A stretch of 64,000 nucleotides of DNA from Alphaproteobacteria bacterium (GCA_965229675.1 OZ245897.1:1366488-1430487); one strand, 5' to 3'; positions 49,599-59,981 are shown, counted from the first letter of the stretch. Notes: generated by a model not told the origin, from the letters alone. A program made the numbers and translations.

Positions 49599-52250
49599 AT
49601 GACAAAAAGAATGTTAATCGATGCTTCGCATCGCGAAGAGAACCGAGTCGTTATTGTCGAGGACGACCATCTTGAAGAATTTGACTATGAAAGTCTTAGT
49701 AAAACTCAGCTAAAAGGCAATATTTATCTTGCCAAGGTAACACGCGTTGAACCTTCCTTGCAGGCCTGTTTTGTAGAGTATGGCGGCAACCGTCAAGGCT
49801 TCCTTGCCTTTAGTGAAATTCATCCCGATTATTATCAAATCCCTGCGGCAGATCGTGAAGCATTAATGCGTGAGGCAGAAGAAGCCGCCAGAGCGCAATA
49901 TGAAGAAAGCGATGAAGAGGGAATGGATGAACCTGAAGAAGTTGATGATCCTATTGATGACGGGCATGATGAAGAATTTGAAGCAGAAGAGGAAGAAGGG
50001 GAAGAAGACGAGGAAGCCCCACAAAATTATGCGCTTGAAACAACCAAAAGCCCTGTTGTGCATTCCGATATAGCAGATACGCCTGCAAGTGAAGTAGAAG
50101 AGGAAGTTAATGATGCCCAAAAAGATGAATCAGAATCAGAACCAGAATCAATCGAAACGCAAGCCGATGACGATCGACATGACCTTGAACGAACAGAGTC
50201 AGGCCTTTCAAGCGAATCCGAATCAGACCACGCAGAATCAAACCAAAATGGAAGGGATGGCTACAGGCGGCGCGGGCGCGGGCGTTTTCGTAACCGTGAT
50301 GGCCGTTATGGCCGCCATCGCCGCGGTGGTGGTGAGCGTTATTCTGGGCACCGTTCTTCTCGTCATCGTCGCAATAGCAATCGTGATCGTAATTTCTTAT
50401 TTCGCCGTTATAAAATTCAAGAGGTCATTAAAAAGCGACAAATCCTATTAGTTCAAGTCTTGAAGGAAGAGCGCGGAAACAAGGGAGCCGCCCTTACAAC
50501 CTATTTATCACTTGCAGGACGCTATTGTGTATTGATGCCCAATACCAACCGTGGCGGTGGGGTTAGCCGTAAAATTGGCAATGCAGAAGATCGTAAACGC
50601 TTAAAACAAATCTTGGATGATTTGGCTATTCCCAATCATATGGCGGTAATTTTGCGTACTGCTGGTGCAGAACGCTCTAAGGTAGAGATCAAACGCGATT
50701 ATGAATATTTATCAAAATTATGGAATGATATTCGTGATTTGACCCTGAGTTCAATTGCGCCTGCGCTTATTAACGAAGAAGGAAATATCGTCAAGCGCGC
50801 AATCCGTGATCTTTATACGAAAGATATTGACGAGGTGCTGGTTGCTGGAGAAGCGGCCTATCGTTCAGCAAGAAATTTCATGAAAACCCTTATTCCAAGC
50901 CATGCGAAAAAGGTTAAGCTTTATAAAGCAGAAGAGCCTATTCCATTATTTCATAAGTTTAATGTCGAACGTCAGCTTGCGCATATTTATGACCCGCGCA
51001 TTGATTTATCATCTGGGGGGTCAATTGTTCTGCATCAAACAGAAGCATTAGTGGCGATTGACGTCAATTCAGGAAAGGCTACCCGCGAGCGACATATTGA
51101 AGAAACCGCCCTTCGAACCAATATTGAAGCTGCGGTGGAAATTGCACGCCAGCTAAGGTTGCGTGATCTTGCGGGGTTGGTGGTGATTGATTTTATCGAT
51201 ATGGAAGATAATCGTAATAATATTGCGGTTGAGCGGCGTTTAAAGGATGCGTTACGCCATGATCGTGCCCGCATTCAAGTTGGGCGTATCAGTGAATTTG
51301 GCTTGCTTGAAATGTCACGGCAACGCTTACGACCAAGCCTACAAGAGGCCACAAGCCAGCCTTGTGATTATTGTGGCGGTTCAGGCTATGTTGTCGCTAA
51401 AGAAGGCGCAGCACTTGGCGTATTGCGGGTAATTGAAGAAGAAGCGATTAAACGCCGTTACCAATCCGTTTCATTTAAAGTGCCGCAACAAGTTGCACTT
51501 TATCTTTTGAATAATAAGCGGTTGCGCCTGATGGAGCTTGAGCAGGAATACGGTATGCAAGCCGTGATTATTCCTGATGAGGCATTGACAGCACCTGATT
51601 TTAGTGTGGAAGCCTATACTTCACTTCCTGTTACTTACACTGATAATGATGGGGAGCAAATAGAACCGCAAGATGCAGATTCTACAAATCGTTCTAAGCC
51701 AAACCGTCAACGCGAAGAGGACGAAACTCAAGATGACGAAGGGAAAGAGAGCGGGCGCAAGCGTTGGCGTGGTAAACGCGGCGGGCGTAATCGTCGTCCA
51801 TCAAAATATGATTCAGAACAACAACAGGAACTATCTGAACAAAGCAGTGACAGTGATAACGAAGTTGTTTTAAGTGAGCAATCTATTGAACAAGGAAATA
51901 ATGGGGCAGAAAATGTTGACCCAGAAAAGATTAATCAGGACACCGAAACACAATCAGCACCCTCCCCTCAAGCTAAAAAACAAAGAAGCCCACGAAAGGT
52001 AGCAAAGAAAGCTGTCAAAGCAGAAGAAGAAACACAATCTACTGAGCAGCCCGTTAAGAAAAAACGCGGTAGGCCAAAAAAAGTAAAAATTGAAGCGGAC
52101 GACCCATCCGCTATTGCTGAGCCAACCATAGATCGAACGGAGTCGCAACCAATTCTTGAACCTTTGGCTGAAGCCACTTCTGGTGAAAATACGGAAGATA
52201 CGGCCGATAAACCGCGTAGAAAAGGCTGGTGGAAATCTATTCTGGAGTAA
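49599..52250 (+). CDS. rne: Ribonuclease E
   Basis: MLIDASHREENRVVIVED N-terminus, S1 and catalytic core (VAIDVNSG), Zn-link CDYCGGSG, and an Arg/acidic-rich tail. Confidence 0.9.
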   Translation: MTKRMLIDASHREENRVVIVEDDHLEEFDYESLSKTQLKGNIYLAKVTRVEPSLQACFVEYGGNRQGFLAFSEIHPDYYQIPAADREALMREAEEAARAQYEESDEEGMDEPEEVDDPIDDGHDEEFEAEEEEGEEDEEAPQNYALETTKSPVVHSDIADTPASEVEEEVNDAQKDESESEPESIETQADDDRHDLERTESGLSSESESDHAESNQNGRDGYRRRGRGRFRNRDGRYGRHRRGGGERYSGHRSSRHRRNSNRDRNFLFRRYKIQEVIKKRQILLVQVLKEERGNKGAALTTYLSLAGRYCVLMPNTNRGGGVSRKIGNAEDRKRLKQILDDLAIPNHMAVILRTAGAERSKVEIKRDYEYLSKLWNDIRDLTLSSIAPALINEEGNIVKRAIRDLYTKDIDEVLVAGEAAYRSARNFMKTLIPSHAKKVKLYKAEEPIPLFHKFNVERQLAHIYDPRIDLSSGGSIVLHQTEALVAIDVNSGKATRERHIEETALRTNIEAAVEIARQLRLRDLAGLVVIDFIDMEDNRNNIAVERRLKDALRHDRARIQVGRISEFGLLEMSRQRLRPSLQEATSQPCDYCGGSGYVVAKEGAALGVLRVIEEEAIKRRYQSVSFKVPQQVALYLLNNKRLRLMELEQEYGMQAVIIPDEALTAPDFSVEAYTSLPVTYTDNDGEQIEPQDADSTNRSKPNRQREEDETQDDEGKESGRKRWRGKRGGRNRRPSKYDSEQQQELSEQSSDSDNEVVLSEQSIEQGNNGAENVDPEKINQDTETQSAPSPQAKKQRSPRKVAKKAVKAEEETQSTEQPVKKKRGRPKKVKIEADDPSAIAEPTIDRTESQPILEPLAEATSGENTEDTADKPRRKGWWKSILE

Positions 52251-52381
52251 TATTGCTAGCGTTATTTTATAAAAAAACTACCTATCAATCTGTTTTTGTT
52301 ATTGTCATGTCACGAATCTAGGCTAAAAGTGAAGAATCTGACTCATGGAATCACCAATAGAGAGATGGTACAAAGAATAAC

Positions 52382-53485
52382 ATGGCTGATGAAGATTTAA
52401 TTGAGAATAATGACGGCGATGAAGAAGCCGCTGATAATACTGAAATAGAGACTCCGTTTGACGAAAACACGGATGCGGGCGAAGATTTTTTAGCTGATTG
52501 GGACGGTCTAGGGCTTGATCTTGACGGTGGGCAAGGAGGACGCGCACTTAGTCAAGATGAAATCGATAATCTGCTTGGGTTTGACGAACAGACTACCACC
52601 AAAGAAGGCGCTACAGGGATTGAGGCAATTATTGAATCTGGCATGGTGTCTTATGAACGCCTGCCAATGCTGGAGATTGTTTTTGATCGCTTGGTGCGGA
52701 TGCTATCAACCTCTTTGCGGAATTTCACCTCTGATAACGTAGAAATTTCAATTGACTCCATTCGCTCTGTGCGGTTTGGTGATTATCTTAACTCTATTCC
52801 GCTTCCTGCGATTATGTCTGTGTTTAAGGCAGAAGAATGGGATAATTTCGGGCTAATTACAGTTGATTCTTCCCTTATTTATTCTGTGGTTGATGTGTTG
52901 CTTGGCGGTCGTCGTGGCACAGCAACAATGCGCATTGAAGGACGCCCTTATACAACGATTGAGCGCACCTTAATTGAACAAATGATTGGGGTGGTTTTAA
53001 CCGATTTATCGGCGGCGTTTGAGCCTTTATCTTCAGTTTCAATGCGTTTTGAACGTTTGGAAACCAACCCACGTTTTGCAACCATTGCCCGTCAGGCAAA
53101 TGCTGCGATTGTTGCCAGATTACGAATTGATATGGAAGATCGCGGCGGGCGTTTGGATTTATTATTGCCTTACGCAACGATTGAGCCAATTCGTGAAGTG
53201 CTATTACAAATGTTCATGGGTGAAAAATTTGGCCGTGATTCAATTTGGGAAAATCACCTTGCAACCGAATTATGGTTTACAGATGTGACCTTAAGAGTTG
53301 TACTTGATGAAATTCAAGTGCCTTTAAATGAAGTGTTGAATTGGAAAGTTGGAACACACTTGGAATTAAAAGCAAAATCGGATTCTGATGTAAAAATCAT
53401 GTGTGGGGAATTACCTTTATTTGCTGCAAAAAGTGGTAGCTTTGAAGGAAATATTGCAACAAAAATTGTTGGATTATTAAAATAG
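52382..53485 (+). CDS. fliM: Flagellar motor switch protein FliM
   Basis: LSQDEIDNLLG N-terminal motif, ERLPMLEIVFDRL and LLGG. Confidence 0.85.
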   Translation: MADEDLIENNDGDEEAADNTEIETPFDENTDAGEDFLADWDGLGLDLDGGQGGRALSQDEIDNLLGFDEQTTTKEGATGIEAIIESGMVSYERLPMLEIVFDRLVRMLSTSLRNFTSDNVEISIDSIRSVRFGDYLNSIPLPAIMSVFKAEEWDNFGLITVDSSLIYSVVDVLLGGRRGTATMRIEGRPYTTIERTLIEQMIGVVLTDLSAAFEPLSSVSMRFERLETNPRFATIARQANAAIVARLRIDMEDRGGRLDLLLPYATIEPIREVLLQMFMGEKFGRDSIWENHLATELWFTDVTLRVVLDEIQVPLNEVLNWKVGTHLELKAKSDSDVKIMCGELPLFAAKSGSFEGNIATKIVGLLK

Positions 53486-53498
53486 TGTTTATTTAGTA

Positions 53499-53515
53499 AT
53501 CTGCAATTTGCAGAT
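53499..53515. repeat. 17-bp perfect palindrome ATCTGCAA-T-TTGCAGAT
   Basis: Seen directly, 14 nt after the fliM stop and about 165 nt upstream of fliF. The 1-nt centre favours a protein-binding site over an RNA hairpin. Confidence 0.6.
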
Positions 53516-53609
53516 GCATGGTACTAGTATATGTGTTTTTTTGTTGAAGTTGAGAGAGAGAATCAAATTATATGCCCGCAACAATTTAGGGTGTTAAATT
53601 GTTGTTTGT

Positions 53610-53640
53610 AAAAAAAAAACAGCCTAAACAGGCTGTCTTT
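53610..53640 (-). terminator. Intrinsic terminator-like hairpin, strongest on the minus strand
   Basis: On the plus strand: A10 then ACAGCCT-AAAC-AGGCTGT then CTTT. The minus strand reads as the hairpin followed by T10. Confidence 0.5.
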
Positions 53641-53680
53641 AAAATATATGCAGGGCGCAATGGATTTGAGAGGATAATTA

Positions 53681-55333
53681 ATGTTTGATTTGTTTACAAA
53701 ATTAGGCCCTGCGCGCGTTGCTGCCATCGCAAGTACTGCGTTATTATTAATTGGCTTTTTTGTCTTCATGATGTTTCGGGTCACCACACCTGAATATGCG
53801 CTATTATTCAGTAATTTAGAGCCTGATTCAGTGCGCAATATTGCCGAAAAATTATCTTCACAAGGTGTGCAATTTGAAATCCGTAACGAGAATAAAGAGG
53901 TTTGGGTACCCGATAACGTTGTCTCTGATCTAAGATTATCGTTGGCAAGTGACGGGCTGGTTGGTTCGGTTTTAGGGTATGAAATATTTGATCGGGATAC
54001 TGCGCTTGGGCAATCAAACTTGGTGCAAGAGGTCAACCGATTGCGAGCGTTGGAAGGTGAACTTGCACGAACTATTAATAGTTTTGAGGCTGTTAGTAGC
54101 ACACGAGTCCATATTGTTTTACCTAAACGTGAGCTATTTACACGCGACAAACAAAAAACCAAAGCTTCTGTGATTTTAAATTTAAAGCGAGGGGAATCGT
54201 TAAGCAAAGAGCAAGTAAAAGCAATTCAACATCTTATTTCCACCGCTGTGCCAGATTTAGATCCGCAAAATATTACAGTTGCAGATAGTAAAGGCTTATT
54301 ATTACATGCAGGCGGGGATACAGATGGAAGCATATTGGCCTTAACCGAAAGTAACGAAATGCGCGCCTCTTACGAACGCGAAGTAGCTTTAAAGGTCACC
54401 CAATTGCTTGAAGGCACCGTTGGTTTTGGCAAGGTGCGTGTTGAAGTTTATGCAGATATGGATTTTTCAGAACAGGTTGAAAATACCCATCAATTTAATC
54501 CTGATCAGCAAGTTGCAATTTCTGAGCGCACGATTGTTGAAGGTGCGCGTTCGTCAGAAGGTGGGGATGGCACTGTGTCGGTTTCTAATAACCTACCTGA
54601 TGCTGAACAATTTGTATCCAATGCGGCTGGTATTCAAGAAACTAGTAACCGCACTGAAGAGCTTGTTAATTATGAAATTGGGCGTTCCAATATCAATCGT
54701 GTTGTTCCCCCTGGACGGCTTAATCGTTTATCTGTGGCGGTTGTGATTGATGGTAGCTATACTGAGGATGGAGAAAATAATTTTATTTATCAACCACGCG
54801 GAGAAGAGGAATTGGAGGTATTAACTGAATTGGTAAAATCTGCCGTGGGATTTGATGAAACCAGAGGCGATGAAATTGAACTTGCAAATATGCAATTTGT
54901 TGATGCTATACCAGAAGCTGTGCCTATAGAAGAAACTTATCTTGGCTTTGAGATTGATGAAATCAAACGCTACCTTGAATATATAGCTCTTACTGGGGTC
55001 TTTATCGTTATTATGTTGTTGGTTGTGCGCCCATTAGTCTTACGAATTTTGGATTTTCGCGATGTCATTGAAGATCAGATGGAAGATGAAAAGAATAAAC
55101 CACGCGTTGTTCTTAACCAATATGGTCAAGTCGTTGAGGTGCGTAAAGATGAAGAACCACCAAGTGAAGCCGCAGGTGTGGATCAAGCACTTGAAAGTTT
55201 GATTGATATTGCGCATGTTGAAGGGCAAATTAAAGCTTCTTCCTTGCGTAAAATTGGTGAATTAATTGATAAGCATCCTGAAGAAGCCGTTACAATTCTT
55301 CGTCAATGGATGTATCAAGATGAGCGGCCTTAA
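53681..55333 (+). CDS. fliF: Flagellar M-ring protein FliF
   Basis: 550 aa with N- and C-terminal TM helices and the LFSNLEPDSVRNIAEKLSSQGVQFEI region. Confidence 0.9.
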   Translation: MFDLFTKLGPARVAAIASTALLLIGFFVFMMFRVTTPEYALLFSNLEPDSVRNIAEKLSSQGVQFEIRNENKEVWVPDNVVSDLRLSLASDGLVGSVLGYEIFDRDTALGQSNLVQEVNRLRALEGELARTINSFEAVSSTRVHIVLPKRELFTRDKQKTKASVILNLKRGESLSKEQVKAIQHLISTAVPDLDPQNITVADSKGLLLHAGGDTDGSILALTESNEMRASYEREVALKVTQLLEGTVGFGKVRVEVYADMDFSEQVENTHQFNPDQQVAISERTIVEGARSSEGGDGTVSVSNNLPDAEQFVSNAAGIQETSNRTEELVNYEIGRSNINRVVPPGRLNRLSVAVVIDGSYTEDGENNFIYQPRGEEELEVLTELVKSAVGFDETRGDEIELANMQFVDAIPEAVPIEETYLGFEIDEIKRYLEYIALTGVFIVIMLLVVRPLVLRILDFRDVIEDQMEDEKNKPRVVLNQYGQVVEVRKDEEPPSEAAGVDQALESLIDIAHVEGQIKASSLRKIGELIDKHPEEAVTILRQWMYQDERP

Positions 55334-55361
55334 AAACTTTAAACGATGAGCGCAATCGCAA

Positions 55362-56372
55362 ATGCTTGAACAATATGATGATTTAAAAGGCGCACAAAAA
55401 GCCGCAATGCTATTGCTGGCGATTGGCGAAGAAAACGCCATGAAATTGTTCCAGCATATGCAAAATGACGAAATTCGTGACTTATCAAATAATATGTCCA
55501 ATCTTGGGCGTGTCGATGCCCATATGATTGAACAGCTTTTTTCAGAATTTGTTGAATCGCTTGTGTCCCAAGGAAGTGTAATTGGCGGATATGAAACAAC
55601 AGAACGGCTATTGTCAAAAGCATTAGATCCTGAACGCGCCGCCCTTATTATGGATGATATTCGAGGGCCCGCAGGGCGTACCATGTGGGACAAGCTTGCT
55701 AATGTTAATGAAACGGTCTTGGCCAATTATCTTAAAAATGAATATCCTCAAACTGTTGCTGTTGTTCTTTCCAAGATTGCCCCTGAACATTCGGCAAAAG
55801 TATTGGAACTATTGCCTGAAAATATGTCTATGGAAATAATCATGCGGATGTTACGGATGGAGTCTGTTAAACGCGAGATTTTGGATGCCGTTGAAAAAAC
55901 TTTACGAACCGAATTTATGACTAATTTAGCGCGCACCGCCCGTTCTGATAGCCATGAAGGTATGGCCGAAATTTTCAATAATTTTGACCGTGCAACTGAA
56001 AATAGATTTATGGGAATGCTTGAAGAGCGCAACAGTGAAAGTGCCGAACGTATCCGTTCTTTGATGTTTACTTTTGAAGATTTAGGCAAGCTAGACAACG
56101 GGTCAATGCAGGTCTTATTGCGTAATGTTGATAATGATGTGCTAGCAATTGCGCTGAAAGGCGCCCCCGATGAAATGCGCCAAACTGTTTTTGAAAATAT
56201 GTCAAAACGGGCTGGGCGTATTTTACAAGAAGATATTGAAGCGATGGGACCTGTTCGCTTGCGTGATGTTGATGAAGCACAAGCGCAAATGGTGAATTTA
56301 GCAAAAGATTTAAGTGCCAAGGGCGAAATTGTTATTTCCGAAGGTGGCGCAGAAGAACAGCTTATTTATTAA
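55362..56372 (+). CDS. fliG: Flagellar motor switch protein FliG
   Basis: LKGAQKAAMLLLAIGEE and MFTFEDL. Confidence 0.9.
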   Translation: MLEQYDDLKGAQKAAMLLLAIGEENAMKLFQHMQNDEIRDLSNNMSNLGRVDAHMIEQLFSEFVESLVSQGSVIGGYETTERLLSKALDPERAALIMDDIRGPAGRTMWDKLANVNETVLANYLKNEYPQTVAVVLSKIAPEHSAKVLELLPENMSMEIIMRMLRMESVKREILDAVEKTLRTEFMTNLARTARSDSHEGMAEIFNNFDRATENRFMGMLEERNSESAERIRSLMFTFEDLGKLDNGSMQVLLRNVDNDVLAIALKGAPDEMRQTVFENMSKRAGRILQEDIEAMGPVRLRDVDEAQAQMVNLAKDLSAKGEIVISEGGAEEQLIY

Positions 56373-56404
56373 TCTTGTTTGAAGTTATTTAGGAACAGTA
56401 ATAA

Positions 56405-57406
56405 ATGACAGAACCACAAAAAAAAGAACAAGCTTATTTTGATAACATTCAAAAATTTGACCAGCCTAATTCTTCGTCATCTGAAACGCTTGATGATTCG
56501 GAAGGTGTGGTTAAAAAATGGAACCTATCGCCATTAGAACCCTCACATAAAAAACAACAATCATTTCAAAATAAATTATATAAAACTGATAAAGATGGCT
56601 TTGTGGCAGGGTTGTTTTATCATGTCGAAAATAATGAGACTGCGATAATGCCCAACACCGTCTCGCCTTCTGAACATGAACCAAATAGCCCACCAAATGA
56701 AGCGGCTAATCCAATTGATACCCCGCTTGAGCCAACAGAAGAACAGGCAACAGGCGAAGAAGAAATGTTATTCACAGCTGATGAGCTTATGCAAGTGCGG
56801 GATGAAGCCTTTGAAGAAGGCTATACAAGCGGTTTAAAAGAAGGGCAAGAAGCTGCTGAAGAAAGTACAAAAATTCTTCATGATGAGCTTATGGAACGGC
56901 TAACCTCTGCATTACAGGTTAAAGATCGCCAGCATGAACAAGCACTTGATGAGCTGACCGAATCTATGCTTTTAATTTTCAAAGCGGCGTTAGAAAAAAT
57001 TATTCCTGTTTATCTTACGCAACATGGTGATCAAGAAATTATGGCAATTATCAACAAAGCCTTGAGTCATGTCCACGACTCAGCGACAATCAGTATTCGT
57101 TATCATTCAGATCATGATTCAAGCCTGCAAACTTTATTGCAGGGAATGAAAGATCGAAATGTAGCTGTAAAGACAATTCAATTTGTTACGGACGATACAA
57201 TTGCAAACGGAGATGTGGTAATTGATTGGGGAAATGGCGGGATGCGGCGTGAAGTCGAAACCATTATGAATGGAATTGATGAAGCGGTGGCGTTAATTAA
57301 AGCGAATATTTCTCAACCAGAACAAACTGATCAAGAGAGTCAAGAGGAAGCAAAAAAGCAAGAGGAGCAAGAGCAATCTGTGATTGAGGAAGAGCATAAT
57401 GGCTGA
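56405..57406 (+). CDS. fliH: Flagellar assembly protein FliH (FlbE-like) with a long N-terminal extension
   Basis: Sits between fliG and fliN, with a central EEGYTSGLKEGQEAAEE segment. Ends in TGA, overlapping the fliN ATG. Confidence 0.6.
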   Translation: MTEPQKKEQAYFDNIQKFDQPNSSSSETLDDSEGVVKKWNLSPLEPSHKKQQSFQNKLYKTDKDGFVAGLFYHVENNETAIMPNTVSPSEHEPNSPPNEAANPIDTPLEPTEEQATGEEEMLFTADELMQVRDEAFEEGYTSGLKEGQEAAEESTKILHDELMERLTSALQVKDRQHEQALDELTESMLLIFKAALEKIIPVYLTQHGDQEIMAIINKALSHVHDSATISIRYHSDHDSSLQTLLQGMKDRNVAVKTIQFVTDDTIANGDVVIDWGNGGMRREVETIMNGIDEAVALIKANISQPEQTDQESQEEAKKQEEQEQSVIEEEHNG

Positions 57407-57803
57407 AGAAGAGGAACAAAAAGCACCTACACCACCTGCCCAACAAGCAGAAAATAAACAAGCCGAAGCCGTAGCCGAAACTGTTGCTGAAGAACCCGTA
57501 TTATCGGATGAGGATTATCTTGATCCAAGGGTAGTGGACATGACAACCCCGTCAGGGGCGCGTGATTTGGAAGCGGTTTATGATATTTCAGTTCGGGTAT
57601 CTGCTGTTTTAGGAAAATCAGTGATGCCAGTTGGGGATCTTTTGAAGCTTGGCCGTGGGTCAAAGGTTGATCTTGATCGAAAAGTGGGGGAAGCAATTGA
57701 TATTTATGTCAATAATCGTTTGGTTGCGCGTGGGGAAGTGGTTGTGGTCGATGATAAGTTGGGGGTAACTATGACAGAAATTGTGAAATCAGATCGTTCA
57801 TAA
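57399..57803 (+). CDS. fliN: Flagellar motor switch protein FliN
   Basis: C-terminal SpoA domain IDIYVNNRLVARGEVVVVDDKLGVTMTEIV. The ATG at 57399 overlaps the fliH stop. Confidence 0.85.
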   Translation: MAEEEEQKAPTPPAQQAENKQAEAVAETVAEEPVLSDEDYLDPRVVDMTTPSGARDLEAVYDISVRVSAVLGKSVMPVGDLLKLGRGSKVDLDRKVGEAIDIYVNNRLVARGEVVVVDDKLGVTMTEIVKSDRS

Positions 57804-57842
57804 TTTAGGTTAAAATTGATTATATTAACGTTAGGATAAAAT

Positions 57843-58661
57843 ATGGCAACTCAAGAACGCAGTCCAGATTATGTAAATCATAAGCGATTTATTGACCTAT
57901 CCACCATTCTTGGTTTGATTAGCGCATTCGGACTGGTGGGTATTGCAATTGTAACAGGAAGCGGGATGGAAGTTTTTGCTGATGTATCCTCGCTTGCGAT
58001 TGTGGTTGGCGGGACAAGCGGGATTATCCTTGCCAGCTATTCTTTTTCTGAGTTAGGGTCAAGTTTTGCTGATGTTGCCAATGTGTTTTTGCGAACGAAA
58101 TTTGATTTTCAAAAAACATGTTATGTGCTGATACAAATGACTAAGCTTGCCCGCAGTAAAGGGATTATTGCGTTATCAAATTATACGGAAGTGCTTGGAA
58201 GCTCCTCTCCCTTACTTAAATCTGGGATTACCATGCTAAGCGATGGGATGGCCGTGGAGCTAATTGATTCTGTCATGCAAAATGAAATTCAGATGCGGCA
58301 ACAGCAACGCGCCGCAACGATTGCAATGTTACGGAAAGCCGCCGAAATTGCACCATCCATGGGGTTGATTGGAACATTGGTCGGATTGGTACAGATGCTT
58401 GGAAGTCTTGAAGACCCAGCTTCTATTGGTCCTGCAATGGCACTTGCCCTATTGACCACATTTTACGGAGCTGTTTTGGGTAACTTACTATTTAATCCAT
58501 TGGCTAATAAATTAGAAAATATTGATGAGTCCGAACGTATCATTAGCCAACTTTATATAACAGCCATTACCTCAATTGCTAAATTGGAAAATCCACGGCG
58601 GTTGGAAGTATTATTAAACGCAATTCTACCGCCAAGTGAGCGTGTTAAAATCTTTAATTAG
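57843..58661 (+). CDS. motA: Flagellar stator protein MotA (MotA/TolQ/ExbB family)
   Basis: MGLIGTLVGLVQML and ALLTTFYGAVLGNLLFNPLANKL. There is no adjacent motB. Confidence 0.8.
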   Translation: MATQERSPDYVNHKRFIDLSTILGLISAFGLVGIAIVTGSGMEVFADVSSLAIVVGGTSGIILASYSFSELGSSFADVANVFLRTKFDFQKTCYVLIQMTKLARSKGIIALSNYTEVLGSSSPLLKSGITMLSDGMAVELIDSVMQNEIQMRQQQRAATIAMLRKAAEIAPSMGLIGTLVGLVQMLGSLEDPASIGPAMALALLTTFYGAVLGNLLFNPLANKLENIDESERIISQLYITAITSIAKLENPRRLEVLLNAILPPSERVKIFN

Positions 58662-58673
58662 GATTGTTTGAAG

Positions 58674-59981
58674 ATGCGTTTGTTAATTATCGGTAATCTT
58701 GAAGGCCATATGACAACGGCAAGCAAAGTTGCGGTTGAGCGCGGGGTTAAGGTTTCTAATGCGCGCACAATCGAGGATGGCTTAAAACATTTGCGTCAAG
58801 GCAAAGGGGCTGATCTGGTTTTCATTGATATTATATTGGAAATTGGTCAATTCCTCCATCAATGTAACAAAGAACGAATTAGCGTTCCTGTTATTGCCTG
58901 CGGCCTTGAGGAGGTAGGGGCTGAACGCGCCGAACAGGCAATCTTACAAGGGGCTAGAGAATATTTACCCCTTCCACCTAACCCTGAATTGATAGCGCAG
59001 GTTCTTACCGCCGCAGGTAAAAAAGAAAGTAACGTTATTCATAAAGATGTAGCGGTGCGTCATGTTTTAGCCATCGCTGATCAAGTCGCACCAACCGAAG
59101 CAACCGTACTAATTACAGGTGAATCTGGAACAGGAAAGGAAGTTTTTGCCCGTTATTTGCATGATCATTCCAACCGTTCATCTGGCCCTTTTGTTGCTTT
59201 AAATTGTGCAGCTATTCCTGATAATTTACTGGAATCAGAATTATTTGGTCATGAGCGCGGCGCGTTTACTGGCGCGATTGCCCAACGGATTGGCAAATTT
59301 GAAGAAGCAAATGATGGTACCCTTCTGCTTGATGAGATTAGCGAGATGGATGTTCGCCTCCAAGCGAAATTACTAAGGGTCATTCAAGAACGCGAAATTA
59401 CCCGTATCGGCGGCAAAGCGCAAATTGCTGTTAATGCCCGTGTTCTTGCAACGTCTAATCGTAACCTTGAACAATCGGTTGCAGAAGGAAGCTTTCGCCA
59501 AGATTTATTTTATCGCCTGAATGTAATTAATCTCCAGCTTCCAGCTTTGCGGGAACGCCAAGGCGATATATTGGTATTAGCAGAACATTTTCGTGATAAA
59601 TTTACAAAAACTTATCATAAGCCGACTTACCCTTTTTCGGAACCAGCTAAGCATAAATTACAAACCCATGACTGGCCAGGAAATGTAAGGGAGCTTGAAA
59701 ATGTTATTCACGGTGCGGTCATTTTATGTTCACAAAATGAAATCCCGCCTGAATGCATCAATATTGCAACTTCACAATCCCCTAAAACATCATCAGAGTC
59801 TGAAAATAATACTGACGCCCCACTGGTTGGTCAACGCTTAGATATGGTGCAGCGAAAGGTAATTTTGGATACTTATAATCATTGTCTTGGAAATTTTTCT
59901 GATACAGCCGCTATTTTAGGCATAACGGTTCAATTTTTACGCCAACGCTTGACCGAATATGGGGAATTAACGGATGGCTGA
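58674..59981 (+). CDS. flbD: Sigma-54-dependent flagellar transcriptional regulator FlbD
   Basis: MRLLIIGNLEGH... resembles Caulobacter FlbD. GESGTGKE, GAFTGA, and a C-terminal Fis-type HTH are present. Confidence 0.8.
   Translation: MRLLIIGNLEGHMTTASKVAVERGVKVSNARTIEDGLKHLRQGKGADLVFIDIILEIGQFLHQCNKERISVPVIACGLEEVGAERAEQAILQGAREYLPLPPNPELIAQVLTAAGKKESNVIHKDVAVRHVLAIADQVAPTEATVLITGESGTGKEVFARYLHDHSNRSSGPFVALNCAAIPDNLLESELFGHERGAFTGAIAQRIGKFEEANDGTLLLDEISEMDVRLQAKLLRVIQEREITRIGGKAQIAVNARVLATSNRNLEQSVAEGSFRQDLFYRLNVINLQLPALRERQGDILVLAEHFRDKFTKTYHKPTYPFSEPAKHKLQTHDWPGNVRELENVIHGAVILCSQNEIPPECINIATSQSPKTSSESENNTDAPLVGQRLDMVQRKVILDTYNHCLGNFSDTAAILGITVQFLRQRLTEYGELTDG

Noticed and set aside
53563-56320. 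Long antisense ORFs opposite fliF and fliG (214, 154 and 190 aa on the minus strand).
   Set aside because: They are fully embedded in strongly supported flagellar genes and are Ser/Arg/Leu-rich and low in complexity, as expected for shadow frames. The 214-aa ORF runs straight through the intrinsic terminator at 53610-53640, and none has a recognisable RBS or motif.
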